From positions 2,548 through 66,547 of the forward strand of contig JAZDGU010000029.1 of NCBI GenBank assembly GCA_043806595.1: a stretch of DNA of 64,000 nucleotides. Reading direction: 5' to 3'. The notes under the pieces were generated by a model that made no database searches, was not told the origin of the DNA, and was given only the letters and a program-made list of their open reading frames with translations. This DNA is from Candidatus Micrarchaeota archaeon. GTDB taxonomy: Archaea > Micrarchaeota > Micrarchaeia > Norongarragalinales > SBBD01. The translations under genes were made by a program, and so were the position numbers. Below are positions 56,001 through 64,000 of the stretch, piece by piece (within the stretch, counting starts at the first letter, position 1; the number at the start of each line of letters is the position of its first letter).

Positions 56001-57079
56001 GCCGACTGGCCGATGACGCTCCCGTTTGAAGCCGAAAGGCGCGTCACCCTGAAAGCCGGGCTGTTGTAGTCGCCGGGGAAACACTCCGTCACAACCTCGT
56101 CCTGGCCTTGGAGATAGAACGAGAAATAGGCGCACTTGATGTTGCTGTTCACCCAAACCAGCTGGCCGCTGGAGGAATCGAGCGCGCGCGGCCTGAAGTC
56201 GCCCCTGGGGCCGGAGACGGTGTACAGCCGGCCGCCGTTCTCGGACATGTAATAGCCGCTGCCGTTGACCGGCCCCCAAATCCTCCCGCTGCCGTCCGCG
56301 GCATAGGCGGCAATCTGCTCGATGTAGGGCGGGTGCGTCACGTCTCCCCTAATGCCCCCGAGGAAAATCTTGTCCCCCGAGGAAAGGATCTGCACGGGCG
56401 AGAACCGCGTGTCGTGCAAGGGCACCTGCCAGGCAGTGACCCCGGAATCCTTGTACAAAGCGACGAGGTAGCCGCTCCTCGTGAAGACGAGCACGTTGCC
56501 GGAGACCACTGGAGGGGCGTTGCCGATCGTGGAGGACGTCGCGGTCCAGATGAACTCCTTGGAGACCGTGTCGAAAGCCCGGATCTCGATGGAGTTGTAC
56601 CGCGGGAAGAACACGTAAACCCGGTTCCCCTCGGCGGCGAGCATGGGGGTCGCGCCGGAACCCTCCCCGAGGTAATACTCCTCGCCGAACCACAGCCGGT
56701 CGGTCAGCTCCTGCAGGTAATAGCTGTAGTAATAGTTCTTATGGGTAACCGAATAAACGTTCCCGCCGGCGGTCACCAAACCGGTGGGCGTCCGGTCAAG
56801 GCGGCATGCGCGCGAATCCTTGACGCTCCCGCACGCAACGTCCACCTTCTGCCAGCGGCAGTTCGACCCATCAAGCGTGAAAAACTCCTTTCCGGAAGGC
56901 GCCTCGACGGGACTCGATGCGCTCCAGGTCTTTTGCCACATCACGTAGGACATGTTCAAGGGCGCCGCGGTCGCAACCGACGGATTGCGCTGGCTGCCGG
57001 AGAAGGCCTGGTCCCATATCGCGTTGGAGCACGCCACCGACGCCAAAAGGAAGAGGATTGCTGCGAGCCGCCGGGCCAT
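53006..57079 (-). CDS. large secreted surface protein (1357 aa): signal peptide, PQQ-like beta-propeller, Ig-like (Big_2) domain, parallel beta-helix (NosD/CASH) repeats, Thr/Pro-rich and GNGNG linker, C-terminal TM anchor
   Basis: Signal peptide MARRLAAILFLLASVACSNA. PQQ-type repeats (VYVFFPRYN..., LVALYKDSGVTAWQ). PbH1 repeats (NNLSLKSQTTGLNFSNINALAFVGNRVSGG...). PTPTPPPAAPTPTATPPGGGPDGNGNGNGEGGGNG low-complexity linker. C-terminal helix WLAFVLLALIVGAAVYI plus a 45-aa cytoplasmic tail. Confidence 0.75.
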   Translation of the reverse strand: MARRLAAILFLLASVACSNAIWDQAFSGSQRNPSVATAAPLNMSYVMWQKTWSASSPVEAPSGKEFFTLDGSNCRWQKVDVACGSVKDSRACRLDRTPTGLVTAGGNVYSVTHKNYYYSYYLQELTDRLWFGEEYYLGEGSGATPMLAAEGNRVYVFFPRYNSIEIRAFDTVSKEFIWTATSSTIGNAPPVVSGNVLVFTRSGYLVALYKDSGVTAWQVPLHDTRFSPVQILSSGDKIFLGGIRGDVTHPPYIEQIAAYAADGSGRIWGPVNGSGYYMSENGGRLYTVSGPRGDFRPRALDSSSGQLVWVNSNIKCAYFSFYLQGQDEVVTECFPGDYNSPAFRVTRLSASNGSVIGQSAQLSNPSDGAGAAIAGGALVMTNYYGFTGVGGSQPAITRISVSPDPANVLVNASQQFTATCTNECGSNVACPPLEWSSTTGSVTQSGLFTAGATPSNGTVTARLGAVSGVAAVNVLESPDCTQQNPPCIPVYACGTLGAPGSYVLVRDVSSDYGTCFTITADNVHLDCAGFKAEYYNVGVRANNRRNVSVSNCNLSASANITYSYALDFVNVTGLTATANNLSLKSQTTGLNFSNINALAFVGNRVSGGRNSGLIYRSSGVNLTGNHFTGGQNGLHVSRVSSVTIDLNTFSDFTDYDSYALSGYDWGSTGRISRSSFANAGKAIVLALTTIDINNCSFLNNRIDVSSTLTSNITIFNALTGEPKVSIPCLCAPYGGNPPVYIYVDWHAVANLSNSTTGMPVDAAALVHDLQGAAAGGAQTGANGTAAFRLRQKTYRWTSCSVSWAYVTNQTPHRFDFTLGGRTEQWNTTVNRSGIFNFSWGTGTPVAPPPPPNASQVSSCTTFSSAGNYALARSVTAPGNAPCFEFAADNASLDCAGYSVSFPRIGANVSGRKGVRISNCRFTATNANYADPTVGLSTDHSRFNTFSNNAFAMKGGTGISSVWSADSLFSLNSVSGAQRGTSLSSSNRNVFQSNAFRSNAYGVSEWGGTGSNVFPNTTFFNHSSAIDCPSGPCITARSPSFTSNALDARLAFQSSMAFVNIRSASVRYSLDPAAWIGFDWDVEARFRYSNGSPATGYAAVYNVSGRPVENVILLANGTAPLTLREKMDNSGLMVLSTPHTFTYYLGPYAEAWNETVNRTGAFTFVLGTGSIIEPPDLPTPTPPPAAPTPTATPPGGGPDGNGNGNGEGGGNGTSGPDGTPTPEPTFDWADWNGGYIPPEIEAVWTRLNLGDVSAEDRLKVIRNLQSMGIDPDDEDAIRREYERLLKEKQARAGFDYMQYSWLAFVLLALIVGAAVYISARRAENPPGGVVQAGNAKDGVKAAPRFSAAEALRRLRERL

Positions 57080-57224
57080 AAGTGAACTACTGCGGCGTAT
57101 TAAAAAACGATGCCTGCGGCGAGGGGTCCGGACACCGTCCGGCAGATGCCCCGCGCGCCCGAAACCCCGTCTCCCGCCGCGAACGGTTTTTAAGGGATTC
57201 CCCGCTAATGCACGCATGTTCCTC

Positions 57225-57899
57225 TTCGACAACGTGCTCAAGCTGCTGGCGAAGGTCTTCCGGGTGGTGAACCGGCGGAGGTCGGTGGCCATCACGTTCC
57301 TCGTCGGGTCGCCGCTCACAGTCTACTGGTTCCGGACGATATGGCTGGAGCAGCCGTTCACGATGCAGGTGGTGGCGGTGTACAGCCTCGTCTTCCTGCC
57401 CTTCCTGCTCTACAAGGCGCTGCTGTACTTCTTCCTTTCCCTCTTCGATACCGTCGTGATATTCTTCGCGGACTACACGAAAAGCTACGACGTCGACTTC
57501 GAGAAGGTTCGCGCGCGCGTCGCCAAGATACTCGTCGAGAAGAACGTAAAGTACCAGTCGCTCGACAGCATGGCTCTCGGCGCGGAAAGGGGCCTCCTTG
57601 AACGACTGCGCGGCTGGCTCCACATAAAATACCCGCTCATCTTCGTCTGCGCCGACGACCCGTTCGTTGTAATAAAGATATTCAAGTCCCTCGGCTCGCC
57701 GCGCATCCAGGACCTCAAGCACCAGATTACGCACAAGGAGGCCATCAGCGTCAAGATATTCTTCGAGGAGGAACCGAGGGCGCGCGTGCTCGCCAAGCTG
57801 ATAATGAACTCGCTGGAGGTGCTCAACACCGACCAGAGGGAGGCCGAGCCCCCCGGAATTGCAGTGCAGGCGATCCAACTCTCCGACGAGGGCAGGTGA
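57225..57899 (+). CDS. hypothetical membrane protein, paralogue A (224 aa), unrecognised family
   Basis: N-terminal TM helices, then cytosolic motif EKVRARVAKILVEKNVKYQSLDSMALGAERGLL...PLIFVCADDPFVVIK. Start at first Met after the divergent intergenic region. Confidence 0.5.
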   Translation, partial: FDNVLKLLAKVFRVVNRRRSVAITFLVGSPLTVYWFRTIWLEQPFTMQVVAVYSLVFLPFLLYKALLYFFLSLFDTVVIFFADYTKSYDVDFEKVRARVAKILVEKNVKYQSLDSMALGAERGLLERLRGWLHIKYPLIFVCADDPFVVIKIFKSLGSPRIQDLKHQITHKEAISVKIFFEEEPRARVLAKLIMNSLEVLNTDQREAEPPGIAVQAIQLSDEGR

Positions 57900-58480
57900 G
57901 CATGGGCACCCTCCGTTTAGCGGTCAAGGCATGTTCGGCGCTGAATTCGCGGCCTGTGACGATAATCCTCATTGTCGCGGGATTCGTGATCAGCATACTC
58001 GCCTTCCCGAAACTCTATTCGGACGGGCTCTCCCGCAAGGAGGCCTTCGCGGAAGTCCTTTTCATTTTCGTGCCCCTTCTCTTCGGGAAGCTCACCAGCC
58101 TCACGCTCCTCTCGTTCGTCGACTTCACGCTCGGCAAGAGCCAGGAATCGTACCGGTACCGGCTCAACATCGAGAAAGCCCGAGCGCGCGTGATAAGGAT
58201 CATGGTCGAAAAGAAGGTGAGGAGCTATTCGCTCGATTCCATGGCGTTGGGAAGCGAGAGGCTGTTCCTCACCGCCGCGGCGTACATCCTGCACGCGGCC
58301 GGGGTGAAAGGCGAGCCGCCCCTCGTCATCGTCGGAGAAAACCCATTCGTGCTTGTGCGGATGCGCCGCCAGCCCGTGGCCGCGGACGAGGAAGAGGGGA
58401 TCAGCGCGCAGCTCCACTACGACGACCAGAAGGGCCAGGTGCTCTCCAAGCTGATTTCAAGCACGCTCGGCGCGCCGTAG
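57896..58480 (+). CDS. hypothetical membrane protein, paralogue B (194 aa), unrecognised family
   Basis: Shares EKARARVIRIMVEKKVRSYSLDSMALGSERLFL...PLVIVGENPFVLVR with paralogue A. GTG start overlapping A's stop (ATG 6 nt later). Confidence 0.5.
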   Translation: MSMGTLRLAVKACSALNSRPVTIILIVAGFVISILAFPKLYSDGLSRKEAFAEVLFIFVPLLFGKLTSLTLLSFVDFTLGKSQESYRYRLNIEKARARVIRIMVEKKVRSYSLDSMALGSERLFLTAAAYILHAAGVKGEPPLVIVGENPFVLVRMRRQPVAADEEEGISAQLHYDDQKGQVLSKLISSTLGAP

Positions 58481-58548
58481 CCGGTAAACCCGCGGTTGAT
58501 TCGGCTTCTACCCACGTAATATTAGCCTCTCCGCCGACTGGGAATCGC

Positions 58549-59694
58549 ATGGAAGAGCTGGGGTGGGCGACATTCGGAAACCCCTCGGCAGGCTATTCCG
58601 TCGGGAAGGCCTTCGACTTCAGCGCCGCGGAGCTGCGCGCATTCTCCTCGGCCATGTCCGAGCTGAGGGAAGGCGCCCCAGGGGAGCCGACCGCTTTTGC
58701 CGCGGTGGTGTCCGCGTGCGAGAAATTGGAACTCCCCCTTTCAAGAGCCCGCGCGGAGCTGGTCGCGCAAGCCGCGGAGCTCAACCTGAATGGCTCCGGA
58801 ATCCTCGGCCTGCTGATGGACGACGAGGACATCGAGGAAATCGCCGTCATCGGGATAGGAAAGCCCGTCCGCGTCTACCTGCGCGGCCGCGGATGGCGGG
58901 AGACCGACTGCATGCTCGCCAGCGAGGAATTCGCGGTCAACGCCGTCAACTCGATTGCCCGGCCGCTCGGCCGCAGGCTCACATATTCCAGCCCGCGGCT
59001 TAACGCCGGCATGCGAAATATGAGGCTGCACGCGAGCATGCCCCCGCTTTCGCGCGAAATAGAGATAACCATCCGCAAGTTCACAGCGAAGCCGATGCCC
59101 ATGGCGGAGCTGGTCGGGCGCGGCATGCTTACAGCGGAACAGGCCGAATTGCTGGGCAGAGCGGTGGCCCGCGACACGTCGGTCCTCGTAGCCGGGAACA
59201 CGGGCAGCGGGAAGACCACGCTCCTCAACGCGCTATTCGAGGCCGTGCCGCGCCACGAGAGGATAATCCTCATCGAGGAGACGCCGGAACTCCGGCTGCC
59301 GCACGAGCACTTGGTCGGCATGGTAAGCCAGAAGGAGCTCGGGATTTCCATGGCGTCGCTTGTCGAGGACAGCCTCCGCATGCGGCCGGACCGCGTCGTC
59401 ATCGGGGAGGTGCGCGCGCCCGAGGAGGTCAGGGCGCTCTTCGACTCCCTGCTGGCGGGGCAGGCCAAGTCCGCGTATTCGACGTTCCATGCGAATTCCG
59501 CGGCGGAGTCCTTGGAGAGGCTGGTCTCCCTCGGCGCCCGCAGGGAAGAGCTCGACTCGCTCGGGCTCATCGTGGTGTGCAAGCGGGCGACAATCCCGGG
59601 ACCGCAGGGAGTGCCGGCGGCCGAGTCGCGGCGCGTTACGGAGATTGCGGAGGTCAGGAAGGGCAGGGCAAGGAGGCTATCCGCCCGCAGGTGA
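58549..59694 (+). CDS. type II/IV secretion-system family ATPase (VirB11/CpaF/FlaI-like)
   Basis: Walker A VLVAGNTGSGKTTLLNAL, Asp box RIILIEETPEL, Walker B DRVVIGEVR, His box AYSTFHANSA. N-terminal 170 aa not recognisable. Confidence 0.75.
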   Translation: MEELGWATFGNPSAGYSVGKAFDFSAAELRAFSSAMSELREGAPGEPTAFAAVVSACEKLELPLSRARAELVAQAAELNLNGSGILGLLMDDEDIEEIAVIGIGKPVRVYLRGRGWRETDCMLASEEFAVNAVNSIARPLGRRLTYSSPRLNAGMRNMRLHASMPPLSREIEITIRKFTAKPMPMAELVGRGMLTAEQAELLGRAVARDTSVLVAGNTGSGKTTLLNALFEAVPRHERIILIEETPELRLPHEHLVGMVSQKELGISMASLVEDSLRMRPDRVVIGEVRAPEEVRALFDSLLAGQAKSAYSTFHANSAAESLERLVSLGARREELDSLGLIVVCKRATIPGPQGVPAAESRRVTEIAEVRKGRARRLSARR

Positions 59695-60696
59695 CTCCCA
59701 GCAGACCTTCTCCTCGTCAATCCTCACGCGCTGGCTCGGCGCCCTCCCCAGGCCGCATCTGCTGGAGAGCTGGAAAAGGCCGGTCAGCGCAATCATGCCG
59801 CCGTTGTCCCCGCAGTAGTCAAACGGCGGGACGCCGAACTCCGACTTGTGCTCGGCAGCTACCAGGGAAAGCATTTCCGCAAGCCGCTTGTTGCGCGCGT
59901 TCCCCCCGACAAGGAGCACCTGCCGTTTCTTGGAGACTACGAGTGCCTTCTCCGCGGTTTCGCATAGCATGGAAAACGCCGTCTCCTGCACGGAATAGCA
60001 CAAATCCGCGGCCGCAGCGCCGCGAAGCCTGCGCGCCGCGGTCAGCATGCCCGCAAAGGAAAGGTTCATGCCCTTGACGGAATACGGCAGGTCGAGCATG
60101 GTTCTGCCTTTGGCGGCTGCCTTGAGCACCCCCACCGCATCCGGAGGGGAAAGCCCGAGGTCCCTTCCGACGAGGTCCAGCAAATTCCCGAGGCCGATGT
60201 CCAAGGTCTCCCCCAGAACGCGGTACCGCATCGAGCCGCGCCTGCCTTCCAGCACGAGCAGCTGGGTGTTGCCGCCGGAGACGTACGCGACGAGCGGGTC
60301 GTGCAGGCCGCAGAAGAACCTGCCTACCTCGACGTGCGCGAGGGCATGGTTGACGCCGACGAGCGGGATGCCGAGGGATTCCGAAAACGCCCTTGCCGCG
60401 ACGTGGCCCACGTGCAGCGAGTGCCCCAGCCCGGGGCCGTAGGAGTAAGCCACGCCGTCCAAATCCCGGGGGGAGATTTTCGCCCGCTCCAGCGCCTCTA
60501 CGGCCACGGACCTGAAGTGCAGGGCATGGTGGTCCGCGAGCTTGCGCGGGATGAATCCCTCGCGGAGCGAGGGGAATTTCGCCGAGGAATTCGAGAGGAT
60601 TGAGGTCGAGCGCTTGGAGTAGGGCGTGCGTGGGTCGCCACTTGCCACTGCGACGCCGAAGGTGTGCGCGGTGCACTCGATGCCGAGGATTATCAT
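59677..60696 (-). CDS. kae1: tRNA N6-adenosine threonylcarbamoyltransferase Kae1
   Basis: MIILGIECTAHTFGVAV..., metal-binding HxxxH context HVAARAF and ASKL-fold motifs. 18-nt convergent overlap with the ATPase gene. Confidence 0.85.
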   Translation of the reverse strand: MIILGIECTAHTFGVAVASGDPRTPYSKRSTSILSNSSAKFPSLREGFIPRKLADHHALHFRSVAVEALERAKISPRDLDGVAYSYGPGLGHSLHVGHVAARAFSESLGIPLVGVNHALAHVEVGRFFCGLHDPLVAYVSGGNTQLLVLEGRRGSMRYRVLGETLDIGLGNLLDLVGRDLGLSPPDAVGVLKAAAKGRTMLDLPYSVKGMNLSFAGMLTAARRLRGAAAADLCYSVQETAFSMLCETAEKALVVSKKRQVLLVGGNARNKRLAEMLSLVAAEHKSEFGVPPFDYCGDNGGMIALTGLFQLSSRCGLGRAPSQRVRIDEEKVCWESPAGG

Positions 60697-60725
60697 GCCG
60701 GTCCAACGGAACCAAGGCGGCGTGG

Positions 60726-60736
60726 GATTAAAAAAT
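60726..60736. promoter_or_regulatory. bidirectional A/T box GATTAAAAAAT between divergent kae1 and polD small-subunit genes
   Basis: About 35 nt upstream of the kae1 ATG on the minus strand and 45-80 nt upstream of the polD1 start candidates. Confidence 0.3.
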
Positions 60737-60812
60737 CGTCGGCGCGCTAAATGATTGCCTGATTTCGGGGGGATTCCGCTTGGCAGTGCCGCGCGCGCAG
60801 ATACTGGAGAAA

Positions 60813-62282
60813 ATGTCGGAAAAGGGGCTGATGCTCGCCCCGGAAGCGCTAGCCGCGCTCGAGAAGGAGGAGCTCGCCCTCGAATACGTCGACGAGATCG
60901 CAGCTGCCACGAAGGAGCTCGTCGTCGGCGAGAAGGCGGTCGTCGACTTCCTCGACAACAAGAGCCTCGAGAGGAAGGTCGTGCAGGTCGAGGTCTCGCA
61001 GGCCACCAACTACGACCCGCCGGCGAAGGGCATGGATTCCAGTCTCGAGCTCTCCATCCGCGACAGCGACGTGACCGGCAAGTCGAAATGCGGGGGGAAC
61101 GTCGAGGACTTCGTCAAGCACCTGCGGAACAGGTTCGATAGGCAGAAGGCGAACCTGCGCGGAATGCGCGGCGAGGCGAGCGGGACACTTTCGCTGCGCG
61201 AGGCCAAGGGCGTCACCAACCGCGAGTTCCGCACCATCGCGATGGTCTACGACCGCAGGGTGACAAAGAACGGACACCTCCTCATCGAGATCGAGGACGA
61301 GGAGGGGACCGCCAACGCGCTCGTGCCAAAGGACTCGCCGCTCATGGCCGAGGCGCTCCAGATAATCCCGGACGAGATCATGGCCTTCGACGTCTACGCC
61401 TCGAAGTCGCAGCTGCTCATCGTCAAGAACTTCATGCGGCCCGGCAGCGTGCTGCAGGAGAGGAGGAAGAGGCTCGCCGAGGAGGACGTCAGCATGGCGT
61501 TCGTCAGCGACATCCACGTAGGCAGCAAGTATTTCATGCAGGAGAACTTCCAGCGCATGCTGAAATTCCTCAACGGCTACGGGTCGCCCGAGGAGCGCGA
61601 GATCGCGGGGAGGATAAAATACGTCTCCGTCGCGGGCGACCTCGTCGACGGCATCGGCGTGTTCCCGACGCAGGAGAAGCAGCTCGTCACCAAGGACATC
61701 TACACGCAGTACGAGATGCTCGGCGAGTTCCTCAAGAACATCCCCGAGCACATCGAGGCCATCGTCTGCCCCGGCAACCACGACGGCGTCCGCCTCGCCG
61801 AGCCCCAGCCGGCGCTGCCAGCGGAGTTCACGGAAAGCGTCAAGGGCCTTGGGAACATCCACTTCGTCGGCAACCCCTCGCGTCATCTCGTCCACGGCCT
61901 CGAGCACCTCATGTACCACGGCACGAGCATCGACGGGCTCATCGCCCACTCCGCGGCGCTCAAGCAGGGCTACGAGAGGCCGGAGATAATGGGCGTGTTC
62001 ATGCTCCAGCGCAGGCACCTCTGCCCCCTCTACGGGGAGGACGCCATTGTTCCCGAGGAGAGGGACTACATGGTCATCGACGAGACGCCCGACATATTCC
62101 ACTTCGGGCACGTGCACAAGACGGGCTACATCGAGGACTACAACGGCACGTTCATCGTGAACTCCGGCACGTGGCAGGACCGCACCGACTACCAGGTGCG
62201 CATGGGGCACATCCCGACGCCGTGCCAGCTGCCCGTCTACTCTCTCAAGACGGGAAAGGTCCAAGTGCTCAACTTCAAGTGA
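60813..62282 (+). CDS. polD1: DNA polymerase D small subunit (DP1, calcineurin-like phosphoesterase)
   Basis: MAFVSDIHVGSKYF, AGDLVDGIGVFP, CPGNHD, HFGHVH (phosphoesterase motifs I-V) and OB-fold region. Alternative TTG start at 60780. Confidence 0.88.
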   Translation: MSEKGLMLAPEALAALEKEELALEYVDEIAAATKELVVGEKAVVDFLDNKSLERKVVQVEVSQATNYDPPAKGMDSSLELSIRDSDVTGKSKCGGNVEDFVKHLRNRFDRQKANLRGMRGEASGTLSLREAKGVTNREFRTIAMVYDRRVTKNGHLLIEIEDEEGTANALVPKDSPLMAEALQIIPDEIMAFDVYASKSQLLIVKNFMRPGSVLQERRKRLAEEDVSMAFVSDIHVGSKYFMQENFQRMLKFLNGYGSPEEREIAGRIKYVSVAGDLVDGIGVFPTQEKQLVTKDIYTQYEMLGEFLKNIPEHIEAIVCPGNHDGVRLAEPQPALPAEFTESVKGLGNIHFVGNPSRHLVHGLEHLMYHGTSIDGLIAHSAALKQGYERPEIMGVFMLQRRHLCPLYGEDAIVPEERDYMVIDETPDIFHFGHVHKTGYIEDYNGTFIVNSGTWQDRTDYQVRMGHIPTPCQLPVYSLKTGKVQVLNFK

Positions 62283-62293
62283 AAGGTGAAAAA

Positions 62294-62845
62294 ATGCCGG
62301 CAAGAAAATTGAACCCTGAAAGGCTCGTCAGGGAAACGCGGGAAATGCTCGAAAGGATGAACGCGGACAATCCAGTCGATTTGAAGAAAGTCAATTTCGA
62401 GTGGAATGCCTACCGGGAAAACTTCTTGCGGGGCGAACCCCACACCGTGGCCAATGCCGAACAGAACAGGGCGGTGCTGACCAAGTGGATTAGAAGCACC
62501 ACGGCGTCCATCGACGCACCAAGAATGCACAAGAAAATCCTCGCCGTTACCTTCCAGAAGGCATTCGGGAATCCGCCCATCCTCAAGGCTTCACATGTGG
62601 GAGATAGCATTGCAATGAACATTTCCGATGGCGATTTGCGGGAATTCATGAAAAAAACGGGCGGAGCCGATGAAGCCAATGGGTTGTTAACGAAATATCA
62701 AATGGCGCATGTGAGGCTATTTGGACACGTCGACCGGACGCCTGTTGGTACTGTCGGCCCGGTATCTCATAATATTTGGCATTCAGTTTATGCGTTAGAT
62801 ACGATGGTTTCCTCGCTCATAATGCGGGTACATAAGTTGGGATAA
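62294..62845 (+). CDS. hypothetical protein (183 aa), low-GC, inserted between the two PolD subunit genes
   Basis: Codon usage rich in AAA, AGA and ATA, unlike its neighbours. 11 nt after the DP1 stop and 3 nt before the DP2 ATG. Confidence 0.45.
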   Translation: MPARKLNPERLVRETREMLERMNADNPVDLKKVNFEWNAYRENFLRGEPHTVANAEQNRAVLTKWIRSTTASIDAPRMHKKILAVTFQKAFGNPPILKASHVGDSIAMNISDGDLREFMKKTGGADEANGLLTKYQMAHVRLFGHVDRTPVGTVGPVSHNIWHSVYALDTMVSSLIMRVHKLG

Positions 62846-62848
62846 GAC

Positions 62849-64000
62849 ATGCCAATCGCCTCGCCGGAAATGCAGAAGTACTTCGCCTCCATCGAGGCCG
62901 AGTTCGCGCGCGGCATGAAGGCGGCGCAGGAGGCGCGCAGCAGGGGGCTCGACCCGGCTGACGAGGTGGAAATCAAGCCCGCCAAGGACATCGCCTCGCG
63001 GGTTGAAGGGCTCGTTGGGCCGCCGGGGGTCGCGGACCGCATCCGAGAGATCCTCAAGGCGGAGTCCGGCAGGGCCGAGGCGGCGTTCGTCGTCAGCCGG
63101 GACATCCTCGAGGAGAGGCTGCCGACGGACATGGGCGGCGTGCAGACGGAATACGAGAGGAAGGAAAGGCTGCTCGAGCAGGCGGTCAGGACGGGGCTGG
63201 CGCTTTTCACGGAAGGCGTGGTGTCCGCGCCCATCGAGGGAATCACGAAGGTGAAGCTGAAGAGGAATGCGGACGGCACCGATTATGCCGCGGTGTATTT
63301 TTCGGGGCCGATAAGGGGGGCGGGAGGCACGGGACAGGCGTTCACTCTACTGCTCGCCGACCACGGGAGGAGGCTGCTCGGCATCGGCGACTACCGCGCG
63401 ACCGCGACGGAGAGCGACAGGTACGTCGAGGAGAGCAACCTCTACGCGATAAAGACGCGCGCAGGGCAGTACGTGCCGACGGAGGAGGAGGTCAGGCACA
63501 TCGCCGCCAACTGCCCCGTGTGCATCACCGGCGACCCGACGGAGGACTACGAGGTGAACGTCAACAAGGGCACGCTCAACGTCGACAGCGACAGGGTGCG
63601 GGGGGGCATGTGCCTCGTGCTGAGCGAGGGCGTCTGCCTCAAGGCCGCGAAGATTCTCAAGATAAGCAAGAAGGCGGGGCTGCAGTGGCAGTGGCTGGAG
63701 AAGCTCATCAAGGTCGCGAAAAAGGGCGAGCAGAGGACGGAGCTCAAGCCAGTGGACAAGTTCATCGAGGAAATCGTCGGGGGCAGGCCCATATTCGCGT
63801 ATCCGATGCGCCCCGGCGGCTTCAGGCTCAGGTACGGCAGGACGAGGTTCACGGGAATCGCCAGCAAGGCTGTGCATCCCGCGACTATGGTCATCCTCGA
63901 CGAGTTCCTCGCGATCGGCACGCAGATGAAGATCGAGAGGCCGGGGAAGGGGTGCATCGTCACGCCGTGCTCGGCTGTCGACGGGCCCGTCGTCAGGCTG
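62849..64000 (+). CDS. polD2: DNA polymerase D large subunit (DP2), N-terminal part, continues beyond window
   Basis: Own translation from the ATG at 62849: MPIASPEMQKYFASIEAEFARGMKAAQEARSRGLDPADEVEIKPAKDIASRVEGL...ERYVEESNLYAIKTRAGQYVP...GGFRLRYGRTRFTG, characteristic of the DP2 N-terminus. Not in the ORF track because no stop lies inside the window. Confidence 0.85.
   Translation, partial: MPIASPEMQKYFASIEAEFARGMKAAQEARSRGLDPADEVEIKPAKDIASRVEGLVGPPGVADRIREILKAESGRAEAAFVVSRDILEERLPTDMGGVQTEYERKERLLEQAVRTGLALFTEGVVSAPIEGITKVKLKRNADGTDYAAVYFSGPIRGAGGTGQAFTLLLADHGRRLLGIGDYRATATESDRYVEESNLYAIKTRAGQYVPTEEEVRHIAANCPVCITGDPTEDYEVNVNKGTLNVDSDRVRGGMCLVLSEGVCLKAAKILKISKKAGLQWQWLEKLIKVAKKGEQRTELKPVDKFIEEIVGGRPIFAYPMRPGGFRLRYGRTRFTGIASKAVHPATMVILDEFLAIGTQMKIERPGKGCIVTPCSAVDGPVVRL

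Overview
This is a high-GC archaeal chromosomal segment of about 64 kb. Archaeal identity is supported by DNA polymerase D small and large subunits, Kae1, aEF-1alpha, aIF2-gamma, Cbf5, ribosomal proteins L14e and L34e, SecY, and a DUF106 YidC-like protein. The core content includes a complete sufCBDSU Fe-S cluster, endonuclease IV, a conserved L15-SecY-DUF106-L34e-Cmk-L14e-Cbf5-aIF2gamma block, RibL, tuf-rps10, carAB, and a PepA aminopeptidase.

Accessory content sits between these blocks:
- An IS66-family (ISBst12-like) insertion with imperfect terminal inverted repeats in a low-GC island at about 17.5-19.9 kb.
- A 1262-aa Upf1/DNA2-like SF1 helicase with a C-terminal restriction-endonuclease-like domain, next to nfo.
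- A minimal nucleotidyltransferase translationally coupled to a 49-aa ORF.
- A 63-nt, in-frame duplication of the rps10 3' end about 70 nt downstream of rps10, with only synonymous differences. This looks like an att-site or integration scar.
- A giant 3657-aa membrane-anchored repeat protein with three Cys-rich tandem modules and a roughly 1000-aa non-repetitive C-terminal region. It is flanked by two Arg-rich orphan proteins and a Zn-ribbon protein.
- A second 1357-aa surface protein with PQQ-propeller, beta-helix and Ig-like domains, a Thr/Pro and GNGNG linker and a C-terminal TM anchor.
- A secretion-type (VirB11/CpaF-like) ATPase preceded by two tandem paralogous small membrane proteins of an unrecognised family.
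- Several low-GC orphan genes, including one inserted between the two PolD subunit genes.

Two short conserved genes missing from the ORF track (L14e, 54 aa; a COG2888-like Zn-ribbon, 50 aa) were recovered by translating the sequence directly. No tRNA, rRNA or CRISPR array was found.
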